Made by a program: the position numbers and the translations under genes. Positions 26,182 through 39,659 of a stretch of 64,000 nt of DNA are shown here, in pieces (position 1 is the stretch's first letter; each line of letters opens with the position of its first letter). The stretch lies in the NCBI GenBank assembly GCA_036172245.1, contig JAYWIR010000012.1, forward strand, positions 4,154,001-4,218,000, given 5' to 3'. Under the pieces are notes generated by a model, which saw only the letters and a program-made list of their open reading frames with translations, ran no database searches and was not told the DNA's origin. Source of the DNA: Raillietiella orientalis (taxonomy: Eukaryota).

Positions 26182-29100
26182 TTAGTCTGCATCAGCAGCA
26201 GGGAACAACAATTCAATTTTCTCTCGCCCACTGTTCCATACGTTTCTAAGAACACACATACACAGATGTAATGAGTAAATGTAGCAATGAAAGGCATCTA
26301 ACCAAATCACAACTTCTTCGGTCTCCTCTTCCTCGTCCATAGACTCATCAGCTTTGATTTGCATTTTCAGGTGATAATCTGCAATTTCACCCGGGTCTCC
26401 AGGAAGCCACGTTTTGCTTATTCTGAAGATGCCTTTCCAGTCCTTAATGTAGCATTACAAGGATAGCGAATAATGGGAACCGTGACCACGAGTCCGTGAC
26501 GGACTCGTAAGAGAATTTTTGCGTTCTCTTTGAGTAAAGCAATTCAGTAAACATCTCTCAGTTTTGTTCCAACTGCAAAGGACCCCGTGGAAACGCTTCT
26601 TACATGCACAGCAACCGATAAAAGTTTCATTGCACGAGCACTGAGCTCCGAGAATCCTAGCTTTCTTCAAGCATTCAAATACGAAAAACGGACGGTCTAG
26701 ACTCTAGACCGATTTAATCTCCGAAACTCCACGAAAAGTATCGGTTGGTCACGAAAACGAATCCAAATATCGAGACTAATATCGAGCTTTTCAAATCTAG
26801 GCATTGCAGTCGAGGGGAAAATACACAGAGTTTTAGAATTTAGCTCGAATACTAAAAACAACGAATGCAGAGCATGCAGTGCTGAAAGCATGAATTCTTT
26901 TCATAAATCATGGCAAATAGATCCATTGTGGTTTCATTCTTGCAAGCACACCCACCCCGTTGCAGAATTGAGTGGTTAACAACAAATTACGACCTTGAAA
27001 AATTTCGAGATGATACTTTTGATCTGTTGGGATCAGTAAGACGTCAGGCCATGTGTCTGAGAAGCCAGCAAGGTTACTGAACATAATGTGTCAGATGGTA
27101 CCAACTGACACACCACTACTACCACCACCACCATCACCACCACCAACAACAACCAACCAACCAACCAACCAACCAGACCTTTTTTTTTTTTTTTCAAAAA
27201 AAAAAATAAAATTCCAGCTTGGCATTCCTGCTTCAACCCTGAAAGGGATCACAATCTGTAGCACGACGACAAACCTCAGATATGCATCCTTCCCATCCAT
27301 CCTTCTAACTGCAAGCATTGCTGCAAGAAAAGGAACTCGCCCGCCAGTTGAGAACGCGACCGTGGGGAAGGGGACGGCGCACATCAAAGCGCTCAGACAG
27401 CACACTCAGCCTACTCAGTATCCCTAAAGAAGAGTGAAAGTGATGCAAATGGTAAATTGCTGCATCGAAGAGCGACTTGCAAAACGGAGGACCATTTGTG
27501 TCCCTCTCACGACCGCCTGCGGGTGAGAGAAAGCGACGGGCATCTCATCTTGCACCACCGGCTAGGTGGGAGGTGAGATGCTCCAAACTGCTCTTTAAAG
27601 AGCAGTTCGGTTTCGCAAATTTCTGCCACCCATCGACATCAAAGACGACGACGTTGTGCACAACGGGACGTCTTTCCGAACTCACCTTCTCCTTTCTATA
27701 GATGGTAATGAAGAGATAAAAGTTCAGGAATATGACCGGCCCCATGATTATCATCACGAGCATCCATCCGAGGGCATCTGCCCACACGGGGAAGTAGATT
27801 TCCCCGTTCTTCGGCTCGGGATACTGTAAACGAGAATACTCCACCATGGCGTACACGAATATGATCTGAAAAGAACCTCATCCATCTCGAGTCGTGCTTG
27901 AGCGAAATGCTCACTATCATCAAGACCGGAGCGATGAACATCCAAACGGATTTCCAGAAAATATTGCTTTTGAAATCAACCATGAATTCCAGATCCTTCA
28001 TATACCTTTTCGCGCCATAGAACCACATCACCGTGATGGTCTCTAAACATCCCACCAGGAAAATGGGTATCCCTCCATATATGTCCATAATCTCGAAAAC
28101 GAATATGCCTTTCTAAACAGAAAGGAAAAGGTTCAAGTTAGTGAAATCGTGCAGCGTTCGGATCGAAGTGAAACTTTTGTTGCGCGTCTACCAGTGGTTC
28201 CCGAACCTCTACAGCAACTGAAAATTTCCCTACGAGGTCGAGGAAGCACAGCCCGGGTGCAGCTGTTTGTGGACGGAACTACCAGTTCAGGGCACCCGGG
28301 CGCATCCGTTCATTCACCTGAGTCAACATCGGCAGGCCCATCAGGAACAAAAACAAGCAAGCTCCCATGACAAGCAGCGGGCGGTACCTCTTCCTTATCA
28401 TGAAGGTATCCTGCATAAAGGTGAGACCATTTTCTATGAGGCCGAACTGAAACGCACAGACTAGTGAAGGTGGCATCCGAGCAAAGGGGAAGAATGTACC
28501 TCGCTGTCAACTCCGAGCAAGAACAGCATGAAAAAGAATACCGTGCACCAAAACGCAGGGAATGGGAGGACATTCAAGGCGGTAGGGTATGTCACAAATG
28601 CCAAACCAGTGCCTAGGAGAACGGGAACATTTTCCAGTGTCGCACCAACAGTAAGGTGAAACGTTCGTCAAGACGGACGACGCGCGTCGCCTGAACAGGA
28701 CGCCACGGGAAGCGAAGGAGACACTTTCCGTTACCTCGTCCATCGCGCGCGTAAACAGCGGTCTCACAGCACACTCTTCGTGAAGCGCACCCCCGCCCCA
28801 ACCCTTCGCCTCGGATGTGCTACGTTTTCGTTCCGTTTCGTATTGTTCCTCCACCAGCGTTCGTCCGCACCCGCCGGTTGGTTGGCTCCACCTCGAGGAG
28901 CCACCTCACGCCGGATGCTCATGTCCTCTCGCCCGCCGTCCACCGCTCGAGTCCCTCGAGGATAAAGCAGCTCGAGTGAATCGAACGAACGGTGCTTGAA
29001 ATTCCTGCCCATCGAACATCTGGGAGGTAATGGAGCTGCAAGAGAGGGCAGCGCCCCTCCCGCGAGCCGAATCTCTCTTCTGCGAAACGAAATTTCGACA

Positions 29101-32100
29101 TTGTGATGGTGTTCCCGCAGCGGAGTGCAGGCAGCAGCACAACCTGCACCCAAGTCTTCCCACGGAAAAAATGTGCGTTGTCATTTCCGTTGATTCATTC
29201 CGTCCAAAGAAACGTCCACTGCGCCGCTCACCAACGAATTCAAAAGCCAAACTCGACATTTGTCGCCGGAAAAGCGCATGAGTGTTCCTTGCTGTTTTGC
29301 GAACCCTTGCACTGAGGCGAGTGCAGACGTGTGTGTGTGACCCCACTGGCGGTCCGAGGAGCAGAAAAACGAAACGCATTTTGAACAGAAGCGCCGCGGC
29401 AAGCGTTTACCGCAACGAGCTGGAAGAACGTGCCAATTTCTCAAGCTGGAAGACCATTGTCTTCCAGCTTGAGAAGATCCTCGCTCACTGCTCGCAACCT
29501 CACTCAGCCATTCTCGCTCCAGGAAGAACAAAAAACCTACTGAAGCAGCAGCCGCAAACCCTCTTCGTCACTGAAGTTTGTCTGCGCTACTAGAGATGCG
29601 AACGAGTTACCGTTTTCAGCGTGGAGAGTACAGAAGCACTTGTGCACGGCAGGGTCACACGCTGCCGTAAAAGAAAGTCCACATCACACGCGAGACCCAA
29701 GAGCGCGCAAAACCGATCTGCGGGGATCAAGCGTTGTGTCACCGGAAGATCCGTTCGGGCATCCTGGACTTTTTGTGCCTTTCGCTCGCTCGCACGCACC
29801 CGAGGGCAGCACGCGGACTGCCTTCCCTTACCGCTGCTTATAACGTCTGCGACCGGAATGCCCAGCTTCTTCGACCAGCTTCCAAGCACGCAAAAGATCA
29901 CCATGCCTGCGACCACGGACGTCATCATGTCAGCGAAGGATACCATGATCGCTTCTTTCACCACGGTTCGATGGCGGAACTTGTTGTAGGATCCGAAACT
30001 GATCACAGTTCCCCACGAAACTCCCAGAGAGAAGAACACTTGTTCCACCGCCCTCCTCCACACCTGCAAATGGAAGCAATCCACCGAGAATGCGCACACG
30101 CTCACCCGAGAGGGTGGAGGAAAGTGGTAGGCTGCGCTTACGTTGGGTCGAAGGAGTTTCGAAAAATCCGGGACGAACAGGTACTGCAGTCCTAGCAAGG
30201 CTCCGTCCAGAGTGAAACTCGAACACAGCAAGATGCACAGCATGAAATACGGCGCAAGGGAGGTGAAAACCACGGCCTGGGGAAGACGGACAGCAACTTG
30301 TCAGCAGAGAGGTTGTGCGGCTCCGGAAGCCGACGCCCGACAGCGCTCCTCCTCTTCCCTTTCGAAAAGAGAATACCCCTTTTGGTCTTTTCGACAAGAG
30401 TCACAGACAGTCTTCATCGGGTGATTTCCCAGATTCTTCGGCAGCGGGAGTCGTTGGATGCATCGCTTACATCCATTCCCGACCCGAAGATCTGCCATTC
30501 CTCGGGTTGGGAAGTATAAAGAGAATTCCGATCGGAGTTCCAAAAAGAAGAATACCGTGAATATCTACAACGAGAGGGTCTGCTCCCGAGGGAAAAGGAA
30601 GACTCGTCCCGGAAAGGGGACTACCGTCCATCCTGAACAAAGTCCCGAGGAAACCGAAAACGGCGGATCCGTGCTTGCCGGAACAGGCTCATCGGGTCCC
30701 GACTGTTTACTTGAGTGTAATAAGGTGCTCCCTGAGCACGGAACCGCTTCTCGGGAAGCGAAACTTGGCTGGTTGCGTCGACGCGAATGCTTGAACCTGT
30801 CCAGCGCCTTCTTCCAGCCTGCGCTTCGAAACTACTCGTCTCTTCCACACCTCGGTCGCTTCCGCTTTCATCGCTGTGCCGGGTCCACACTTGGCTACAT
30901 TCTCACTTCCATCGTCTCCAAGCACTGGTGCTGGAACATTCCTGACCTGCCGGGTGTTGCCCTCCCCTCTTCCTCCTCCACCTCTTCTGCAGAAGCTACA
31001 GGACAGCTGTCGAATGGAGAAGGGGGCACGGTGGACTGTTGGCTATTTTTGTGCCATGCTGTCGTTTCCAGTTATCAGTTTCATTTCCCGCAGTCCTCCC
31101 GGAGACCTCTTCGCCGTTCCGGAGGCCGACCCTCTTTCCATCAGACAGGCAAGCATATTGGACTTCACGATGGCGAAAGAAGAAACTACGCGCCTCTATG
31201 TCCGTCTGCTCCGTGATTAGCACGTCCAGGAATTCAAACTGCTGTGACTTCCTGTTTGTTCGGTGCCGGTCTGGTGTGGAAGACGATCTGCCGAAAGCAC
31301 ATCGCTGCGAGCTGGCCTCACAGAGGCAGTTATCCGCTCCGAAAGTATGCATTCCCTAACGCACTCACTGAAGGTACAGACTCGGATAGCGGTCTGGTCT
31401 CCAGAGGTCTTGCGTGGGGGAGACGCCGTGTGCACGAACGGGTGGAGAATCTTCATTTTCCAGTTCCAGGTCGTCGAGGGGGCAGTAAACCAGGTAGAGG
31501 ACGACGGTTGGAAAGCTGTGTCCCTCAACGGCCAAGTGAGGAAACAACACGCACGTTTCCGTGAAGGAAGGAAACAACCCGCCGTGCGCCCTCTAGCTTC
31601 CATCTTCCGTTGCGTGACTGCTCTCCCTTGGGCTCGCTTGCCTGGCATCGCGAAAACGTTTTTGCTCCGCTGTAGATTTCTCTGAAGCTATGTCCAGTAC
31701 CGGCCGTATCTGCCCACTGCAGGAGCTTCAAAGTTATTTCGAGCACAGAGCCATCAGTGAGCCGCTGGTGGTTGCTCCAAGCACCTAGCCGAAGAGGCAG
31801 AGCAAGTGTAAGAGTATTTACGCTCACACAGGAGCAAGAGATGCCCGCGTCAACTCCTGAATCTCGACTTGGACAATTTTTCCTCACCGTCGCTTCCCTT
31901 GGGACTTCCGGAGATACGTCAAAACGCTATGCTGGTCACAGATGGTGGTGCTATCGCATCAGGGAGCATAGAGACCCTACAAGAGGACACGGGATTGATT
32001 CCCTGCGCGTCTTCTCAATCAAATGGGACGACCCTGCAGTATCATCGTTCCAGGTGTTCCTTTCAGTTCTTCCCGTTTTCGCAGGCCTCATAGACATCTG

Positions 32101-35100
32101 TTCTTTTTTGAAGGCCTGCTCGCAGAGAGCCTCTTTCCAGTGCATACGGCCATGCAAACCTTCCCTCATGAAAGATCGAAAATTTTCTCCACGACAATCT
32201 GCATTTTCTCTTCTAGCCGTGCGATTCCTTGCAAGGGACTCTTTTCCGGGATCTTGGAGAACACCCGCGATCAGCATCCAATTCGTAAGCAGGAGCAAGC
32301 TTTCCTTGCAGGAACGTCCTTTTTAAGTAACCGAACCGAGAGGACTCAACCGTTCGGCTTGAATGAGATCGACTCACCAGAGTGAGTACGAGACCCAAAA
32401 AACGAGATCAGCACACTGATGGCTGCAAAACCAATTTTCACTGCACTGCTCATCTCGAAGCATTTAGTTTCAGATGCTTTTTCTCACAGACACATCTCGT
32501 GACATCACTCGGCGAAAAGCTTTTTGAGATCTCCTCAACTCTTAGCTCGTGTGTTACCTGTGACGGCCTCAACCTTCGAGAGGGGAAGACAATTTGCGTT
32601 GCCTTTCGAAATTCTCGCCTGGATACACACGTCTTCCCATTTTGTTTGCGTTTAAATTGAAATTGAAATCGGCAAAAAGTATCCCGAAGTTTCCGTTTTA
32701 TCGTGCCTGCAAATGACAATCGGAGACGGCAAAAGTACGCAAAGGAACTTTCCGGCAAGTATAGTGAAGAAAGAGACAAGGCAAAAGTTGCGTGTCCTCT
32801 GTTTGCAGTTACACGGTGGTATTCTGATCGTCCGATTGCACAGAAGGGAAGTGAACCGAGCTCATTTGCCTCCTCACAGGTTTGCTGGCAACACCTCTAG
32901 ATCGTGACTGCACACCCTATAAAACAACAGAACAGGATCAGCTCCATACCAACCTGAGGCAATTAAGCAATGACCGGAAGGCTTGGAAACATCACAGAAT
33001 TAGATGACAAAATCTGTCCCATTTTCCAAAGCACTGGTGACATTGCAGGAGTCAGCTTGGTGACACAATTCCAACTCTTTCGTTCACAGCAGCACACACT
33101 TCTGGTGCGAAATCCACACAATTTAATCCGACAGCGAGTCGCAAAGGCCGCACTGAAGTGAGTGTGTAAGCGTTTTTCAAAAGGAAAATTCCGGTGCATC
33201 CAGGACATGTAACAGTTCACCGGAATGCTAAGGGGCAGCACCGGACTGTTTATTCATGCAACGCATCTTTCAAACAAATCAGGAGCGGTATCACTCCCTG
33301 ATCTCAATCAGTTTTGGCCTCTTGGACCAACGCGGGAAACGAGAATCCTCAGCTTATCAACGTGCCACATACTCACGGTCACAGATATTCGCAAATAAAT
33401 GGAGAATGCAGGAAGAATCTTACCCTTCCAACCGATCTGATTCCTTTCATGAGGATGAAGAAATGTACTATCCAGCTCAATAGAGAGCATAAGGTCGTAT
33501 GCCACTGCAACGTGCCAAGTACTCCAAAGTTCTCCAAACCATCCTTATGTTCATTGAGAACGTAATATCTGTTGATAGGAACAAAGCATGAGAACAAATC
33601 AGTACTTGAAATTGATTTGCCAGGCGTTCAGTTTCGCAATGGAAATCGACAATTTCGAGGAATCTTTCGACAACGAATCTCCCATTCAGGTTCTCCTTGA
33701 TATCATGTGGAGAAATAAACGGAAAAATGAAAAGCTATTCTCCCCCTTCCAATTTCCTTCACCAGAATTCGTGTTTGATTCCTTCGTAGTAAAGCAAAAC
33801 ATCTGAGAGAGACGGATAAGGGTTAGGAAAAAGGGTAAGAGAAAAGGCCCGTCTCGTCAAGGTAACCTCAGCCATCGGACACAGGCAAAGAAGAAAGGAG
33901 CACTGCAATCGGAACGGAAGCAGACATGAGTGACAAAACAGACTCACTACTTTATTAGAAACCCTGAGTGCTACTAAATTTCATCTGTAGCAGCAGCACG
34001 CATCCCTACACAGAGCTTTGAGATGTTTGCCAGGTCCAGGAACCGAAGCGAAGACAACTCAGCAACTCTCTGCCGGAAAACGAAGACTTTCCTTGGGCAA
34101 TGGAGACGCAAGCCATGCGAGGATTGCTACTGCTCTTTCCACGAGCTTAGCAAGGACCTCTTTTGAAAAACGAATATGTCGAATACTGTGATAACCCGTG
34201 TGTGATCTGTGCGAGTTCCTCAACGAGACGCCAGTACATCAAAGCGGACTATCATTTTTAGAAAGGCGTTTGTCCCTCTCGAGTGAGATCTCGTCAAGAA
34301 CCCTGAAGACATGGCAAATAAACCCATCAGGATGCGGCTTGAAGTATATCCACATTTACGAACACGGAGTATTACGGAAAGATTGCTTCCGATAAACCTT
34401 TTCATCATGTGGATTCTGCCGAATAAAGAAGCGAGTACACCCCACCCCCCGTTTCCGTGTACTACCGCGCACTTTGTGATATCACGGTAGAAAGGAATTT
34501 TCATTATTCCAAGCACACCACTGAAAGTGCACTGTTTTCTCATTCCACACTGATTTGCGGAAATAATAAAGCATGGAAAAATTGCTCTTCCTACCAAGTG
34601 ATGCAAACGCTTCCTTAAAATACTGCTAAGTGAGCGCTGCAGGGTCGTCGGTATTTTCAGGAAACGACACGTGGATAAATACGGAAAAAAAAAAAAAAAA
34701 ACGAAAAGCGCGTGTCACGATCCAGGAAAGGAAAACAGAAAGGAAAATCCGGAACTGCTCGTTTCGAAGATGATTCCATCTAGAAGATTTCCACTTTTGA
34801 GACGCGAACGGGAAACCAGGGATCGGAAACGGGAAGACCACGATGAAAGGGCGATTTGCCATTTTGCCGAAAATCTGCAAAAAAAGTGTCCTTCCTCACG
34901 CACTTCCGGGAACCGATTCCGTACCGTCATCGTTCTGCTTGAGCATCCAGAGAAATGTCTTACGGTACCTCCAGTACTGCTTCGCCGAGTTTTCGGCCAG
35001 AGTGCAATTTCCGTAAGTACTATTATCACACTTTTTAAAGTCTTCCATGACGAAACAGTTGCTGTCGGCACCCCACGATGGATCGCACGTGTTCCATGGT

Positions 35101-37150
35101 AAAACAGATTGCCAAGAGGCGAACATGTAAAAAACCGCATAAGTCAGAATGATATTGTAATAGATCGCCAGAGACGTCGATAATAGGACCATAGTGAGAG
35201 AAAGGCCTGATTCGGGGGGGAAAAAAAAAATCACCATGCTTCTCGTGATCTCACCAACCTCGTCCGAATGGCATCATGGAACCGAAGCCCTTGGTTCCTC
35301 TCTGCATAAACTGCCCCAAAGTCGCTTCGAGAACCATCACGGGCGCTCCGAGTAGCAGCATGACAATCGCATAGGGAATCATAAAAGCTCCTAAAATCCA
35401 AAACAAACAAAAGGCAATTACATCATTTACAGTAATGTTGGTGTTTGTTTTCAACGGACGAGCGGGAATTAACGTGTAAAATTCCTCATCACACATCAAA
35501 CACACGGAGAACGCATTCTCTCCACGTGTGTATTCGTCACTTCTCTTTCAGGCAAATGAAGGAACAGAGAGGAAAATGTGCGTTTATTCCTCGAATGCAG
35601 CGTCCTTGTCGAATTCCTTACGTTTATTTAAATCCACACGCGTTTCCTCCTGATTATTTAGAGAGCTGTTGTGCTTTTATGGACTCGGAAAGCCACTACT
35701 TACGGTCGATGCTCTAAATGACCATTCTTTACTCGAAAGGTCTTTAATATGAAATCTACGAGTCGCACGTCAAGAAAGATTGAAAATGCGAGCGTACGAA
35801 ATTCATTTATGTTTTCCTCTTTGAGTGGAAAGTTCAATCAACAGATGCACGGACAAGCCGTTCAGTGGGTGCTGTTCCCCTCGAAAGCAAGCCGTAGGGC
35901 GACAAAGACAAGCAGTGGGGCGAGTTCAGTGGGTGCTGTTGCCGTGAACCGGCACTGTGCCGAGTCGCTTTGCAAGGGAAACTAAAAAAGAGCGCTGCTC
36001 TCGTTGGACAGAATGGGTTTACTGCCCATGAGATGGGCAGCAACCCCAGTCGAGGGTGTAAACACGCACTTTCCAGAAACATTTTCGCAGTTTATCGTGA
36101 AATCGCATTTCGAAAGCTCGGCTTTGCCTCATTCCGTTTGCTGTTTAACCGTCAAGTACACTCAGTTGGGCTTTTGGCTGGAATTGGAAACTCGCTGCAC
36201 ATGTGAAGACACCAAAAGCTGGGAGAGGAGTGCGTATTTCCGTTGGGTAGCTGCTCACAGGGATCAGCGGGCACGAACCGAGTACGACCGGGAACCGTAG
36301 TCTCTCCCGTAGTCCAAAGTAGGGATTTTTCCTCTGGACCGTTCGCTTTCAGTCGTTCTTCATAATCTTGCTCATAAGTTTAGTCATGCCACACTCTTCC
36401 ATCAGAAGAAGAGGAGCAGCGGAAAGGGGTGGGGGAAAAGGGGAACCATCTGCACACTCACACCCCGCATGCACACGAATGGATGCAACCAATTGACCAC
36501 AAGACATTTTCATGCCCGTGTTGAATTCAGAGTGAAGAGAGCTACGAACCTCCTCCGTTTTCATAAGCCACGTGGGGGAATCTCCACACGTTTCCCAAGC
36601 CAACGGCATTCCCTAAATTGGCTAGGATGAATTCATATCTGTTCCTCCAGTGGAGCCTCTTCTCTTTGGATTCCCTCCGTCGCTGCCATGGGAGAACAGG
36701 TAGGGCAACTTTGATCATTCATGACAGACATGCTGCTTTTCTCATCCATTCGCTTTTTTAGCTTTGCATTAGGGATTTATTCAGACGAACGGTCGCACGG
36801 GTAGGAGACCGAGGATGATAAAAAAAAAAAACACACACACAAACACACGCACACACACACACGCACGCACACACACACACACGCATGCACGCACAAAAAT
36901 TACGTAATAAAGCAAAAAGAGCAAAGCTTCAAATCTTTTAGAAAAGTCATAAGCATTTCTATTTTGAATCCACTGGCATGCTGCACTTTCCATTGCCAAG
37001 TAAATCATTCATCATGTTTAGATGTGCAACCAGGAACACCGCGGGGAGGGGTGGGGTGGGGGTGGGGGGTGGACCAGGAACTTTGATTTTATATCTCACC
37101 CTGTCCTCGTCACCATGCTCAACCTGCTCTTCGATTTTAAAGGTCGACAT
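26182..37150 (-). CDS. SLC6 (sodium:neurotransmitter symporter family) amino-acid-type transporter
   Basis: Exons 37150-37100, 36682-36550, 35390-35259, 35205-34969, 33568-33424, 30276-30142, 30063-29832, 28612-28500, 28446-28318, 28112-27915, 27865-27686, 26442-~26182 (3' end uncertain). Motifs [66 protein letters not shown]. Gly rather than Asp in TM1 indicates an amino-acid, not monoamine, carrier. Confidence 0.95.
27112..27175. repeat. Compound (ACC)n/(AACC)n microsatellite in an SLC6 intron
   Basis: Directly visible. Confidence 0.85.
36831..36894. repeat. Imperfect (CA)n microsatellite in SLC6 intron 1
   Basis: Directly visible. Confidence 0.9.
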
Positions 37151-39659
37151 AACGGTGCGTTACGAATGCTTTCCCTGGGAAAAAAGAAGAACACTATAAT
37201 CGAAGAGCACCCTTGGAAACGCCGTTCAAACTCAACCACGCCACGCAGTTCGTGGTATTTACCCTTCCCTACAACGATCCCCCTTATTGCAACAATCGAT
37301 AGCAATTGTTTCGTAATAACAATAGGAAACAAGATGGTGGGCGAGCTGCAGACGGGCAGGCTGCCCTTTTCTTGGAAAAGAAAAAAGAAAACGGAACAAG
37401 CCAAAAAATGGAATAACCCACCACGAGTCGTGTTCCGAAGGGGAGGACGCAAACCAGGGGGTCCGGCATTCCCAAATTCCCGGGGATCCAGGGTTGCCAG
37501 AACACGCGCGCTCTGCGATGGAATAATCTTTCAGGCGATTCGCGCGATAGCCTAAGCGTCGCCGAATCGGAATGCAGATTCAGCATTCGAAAATTTTGCT
37601 TCTGCCCTGCTCGGCCCACGTTTTAAACTCCCTCCCCCGCTGTTGATTCCTTTTGGAAAACTTTCATTTTCACACGTTCCGAAACATTCCGTTTTTAAGG
37701 GAACCGGGAGGGGGGGGGGGAGGATAGGCGACGACGACCGTGTTCCACCGACCGACTCGCCGAACAACAAAAAAAAAAGCTTCTTAGGGCAGGTCCACGA
37801 TTCGCATAAACTCGTCACCCCAGAAACACGGGATTCGGGATTTTCAAGCCTCCCCCCGCTGAAGACTTGTCAGTCCCTCCAGCAAGCGTTCCCGGCAGGC
37901 GCGGAATGCTCAGCCTGAAGCCTGGATGCATTTTCAATGACCCACTCGCCCAACTTTGCTGTGGGTGGTGCCACCGTGCACAGACAACGCACCGAATAAG
38001 CCGACAAATTTCGACACAACAAGCGGTCAATCTCAAACCTGCCAGCAGCTCACTTCACTCCGTGCTCGACGTGTTCATCTTCAATAGAACATCGCTTGGA
38101 AGCAATTATTCTCCTATGGTTACTGCTTTGCATTGTAACCAGCGAAAAATTGCTTGGAACACCGACTGGAATTGTTTTTTTCGTTTTTTCGTTTTTTTTT
38201 TCTTAGGGGGGGGAGGGGGGGCCTTTGGATTGTTTTCGTGCAAATAGGGACAGAGTTGCACCTTTGTTGGTCCCGACTTCCACATTTTGGGTAATTCGTC
38301 GGTGCTTTGACGGCCTTGCGCTGCTCAAAGATTTTTGAAGCCATACGATTCAAAATATTCTTCGAGTTTCCTATGATGTTCAGTCGATTCACTTAATGCA
38401 CCGAAGGAAAAGCAAAATCCCCTCTTTTCACTGCCAATTTATTTTCGACGTTTCCCCCGATGATTCCCCCCTAAAAAAAGAATAGAATAAAAAAAAAAAA
38501 AAAAATGGCGCACGAGGCTGTGTCGTAGGAGTGGGAGCTCAGAAACATATCACTGATTTCCAAGTCTAGTCTATGGGCAATTGAGTTTCGATGCTTCACG
38601 CGCCTGAACTAAAAAAAAAAAAAAATCGTTCTTTTACGTAACTCAATAGATGGAGTTCTCTCTCATTACTGCGTAAATATGGAATAACCCTCCGGCCGTG
38701 GCGATAGCAAAAATGTGCCGTTATTTTCTGGGACCTTTTGCGATCCCTTTTGCTTGTCGGAACTCCCTTACGTTCACTTGTTGTTTAGCAGCCAGCACGG
38801 CTCTTCACGAAGGAGGGATGCATCATCGTCTTTTCTCTCGCACACAAGTACCAAGGTTCCTGGAAGCAGCCGGAGGTATTTTCGTTCTAGTAATCAAGGA
38901 GATGTGCTTCCGCTCTGAGGTCAGAGTTCATCACACTGGGCAAACTGTACGAAGGCCGGGAATAGTCCCACGCATAAAACAAACGAAAGGCACTGAAAGT
39001 GCAAAGTAAAAGGCACAGGTCAAGACGACAACAACAAACAACGGCTTCCACTTCAGATAGCTAGATAACGTACAAGTACACTCACGCATACACCATGAAT
39101 TTGACTCGGTACAGAGTGCACGCAGGTGTTCAAAACTGCTCGAAATGTGGGTTAGCACTGGAAGCTGGAGATCAACCGCCGCACTGTCTTTCCTCGGACG
39201 GGAACGGTCCAGTAAGGAGCTACCTATACATCCGATACTATCCAGCATCACCAACAGTTTGGTGCCTTAGAAACGGTTCGCGAGAATTTCACCTGCAACC
39301 TGTTGGATCGTGGGAGCAGCAACGTTGCATTGGGTTTATTCGGGGATGTAGGGGTGGGGACTGGAGTTTCAGGGGCGGAACGTGCAAGCAGTGCAAGTGT
39401 CCACGTCCGCACCGACAAAATCACGGGAACGTTTCCTTCGCAACGCAGCTCACGAGCACAGCACGAAGAGACACAAGACTGGGCTGCTGCCCTCGGAAGT
39501 CCCCTCCTGGCTTTCCGTCAACAACCGAACCGTTACCGCCTTTCCCTTCCCTCCCTCCACGACGGTCATCCTGTTTTGCCCTTCTCCCCGGACGACGGGC
39601 GTCTGATGTCGCACTACGAGAAAGCAGCTGAAGGAAGCGTCTCGCGCGCGTTCCTCACC

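Noticed and set aside
35860..35940. CRISPR-like repeat-spacer unit
   Set aside because: Only two 17-nt copies, inside a eukaryotic intron, with no cas genes.
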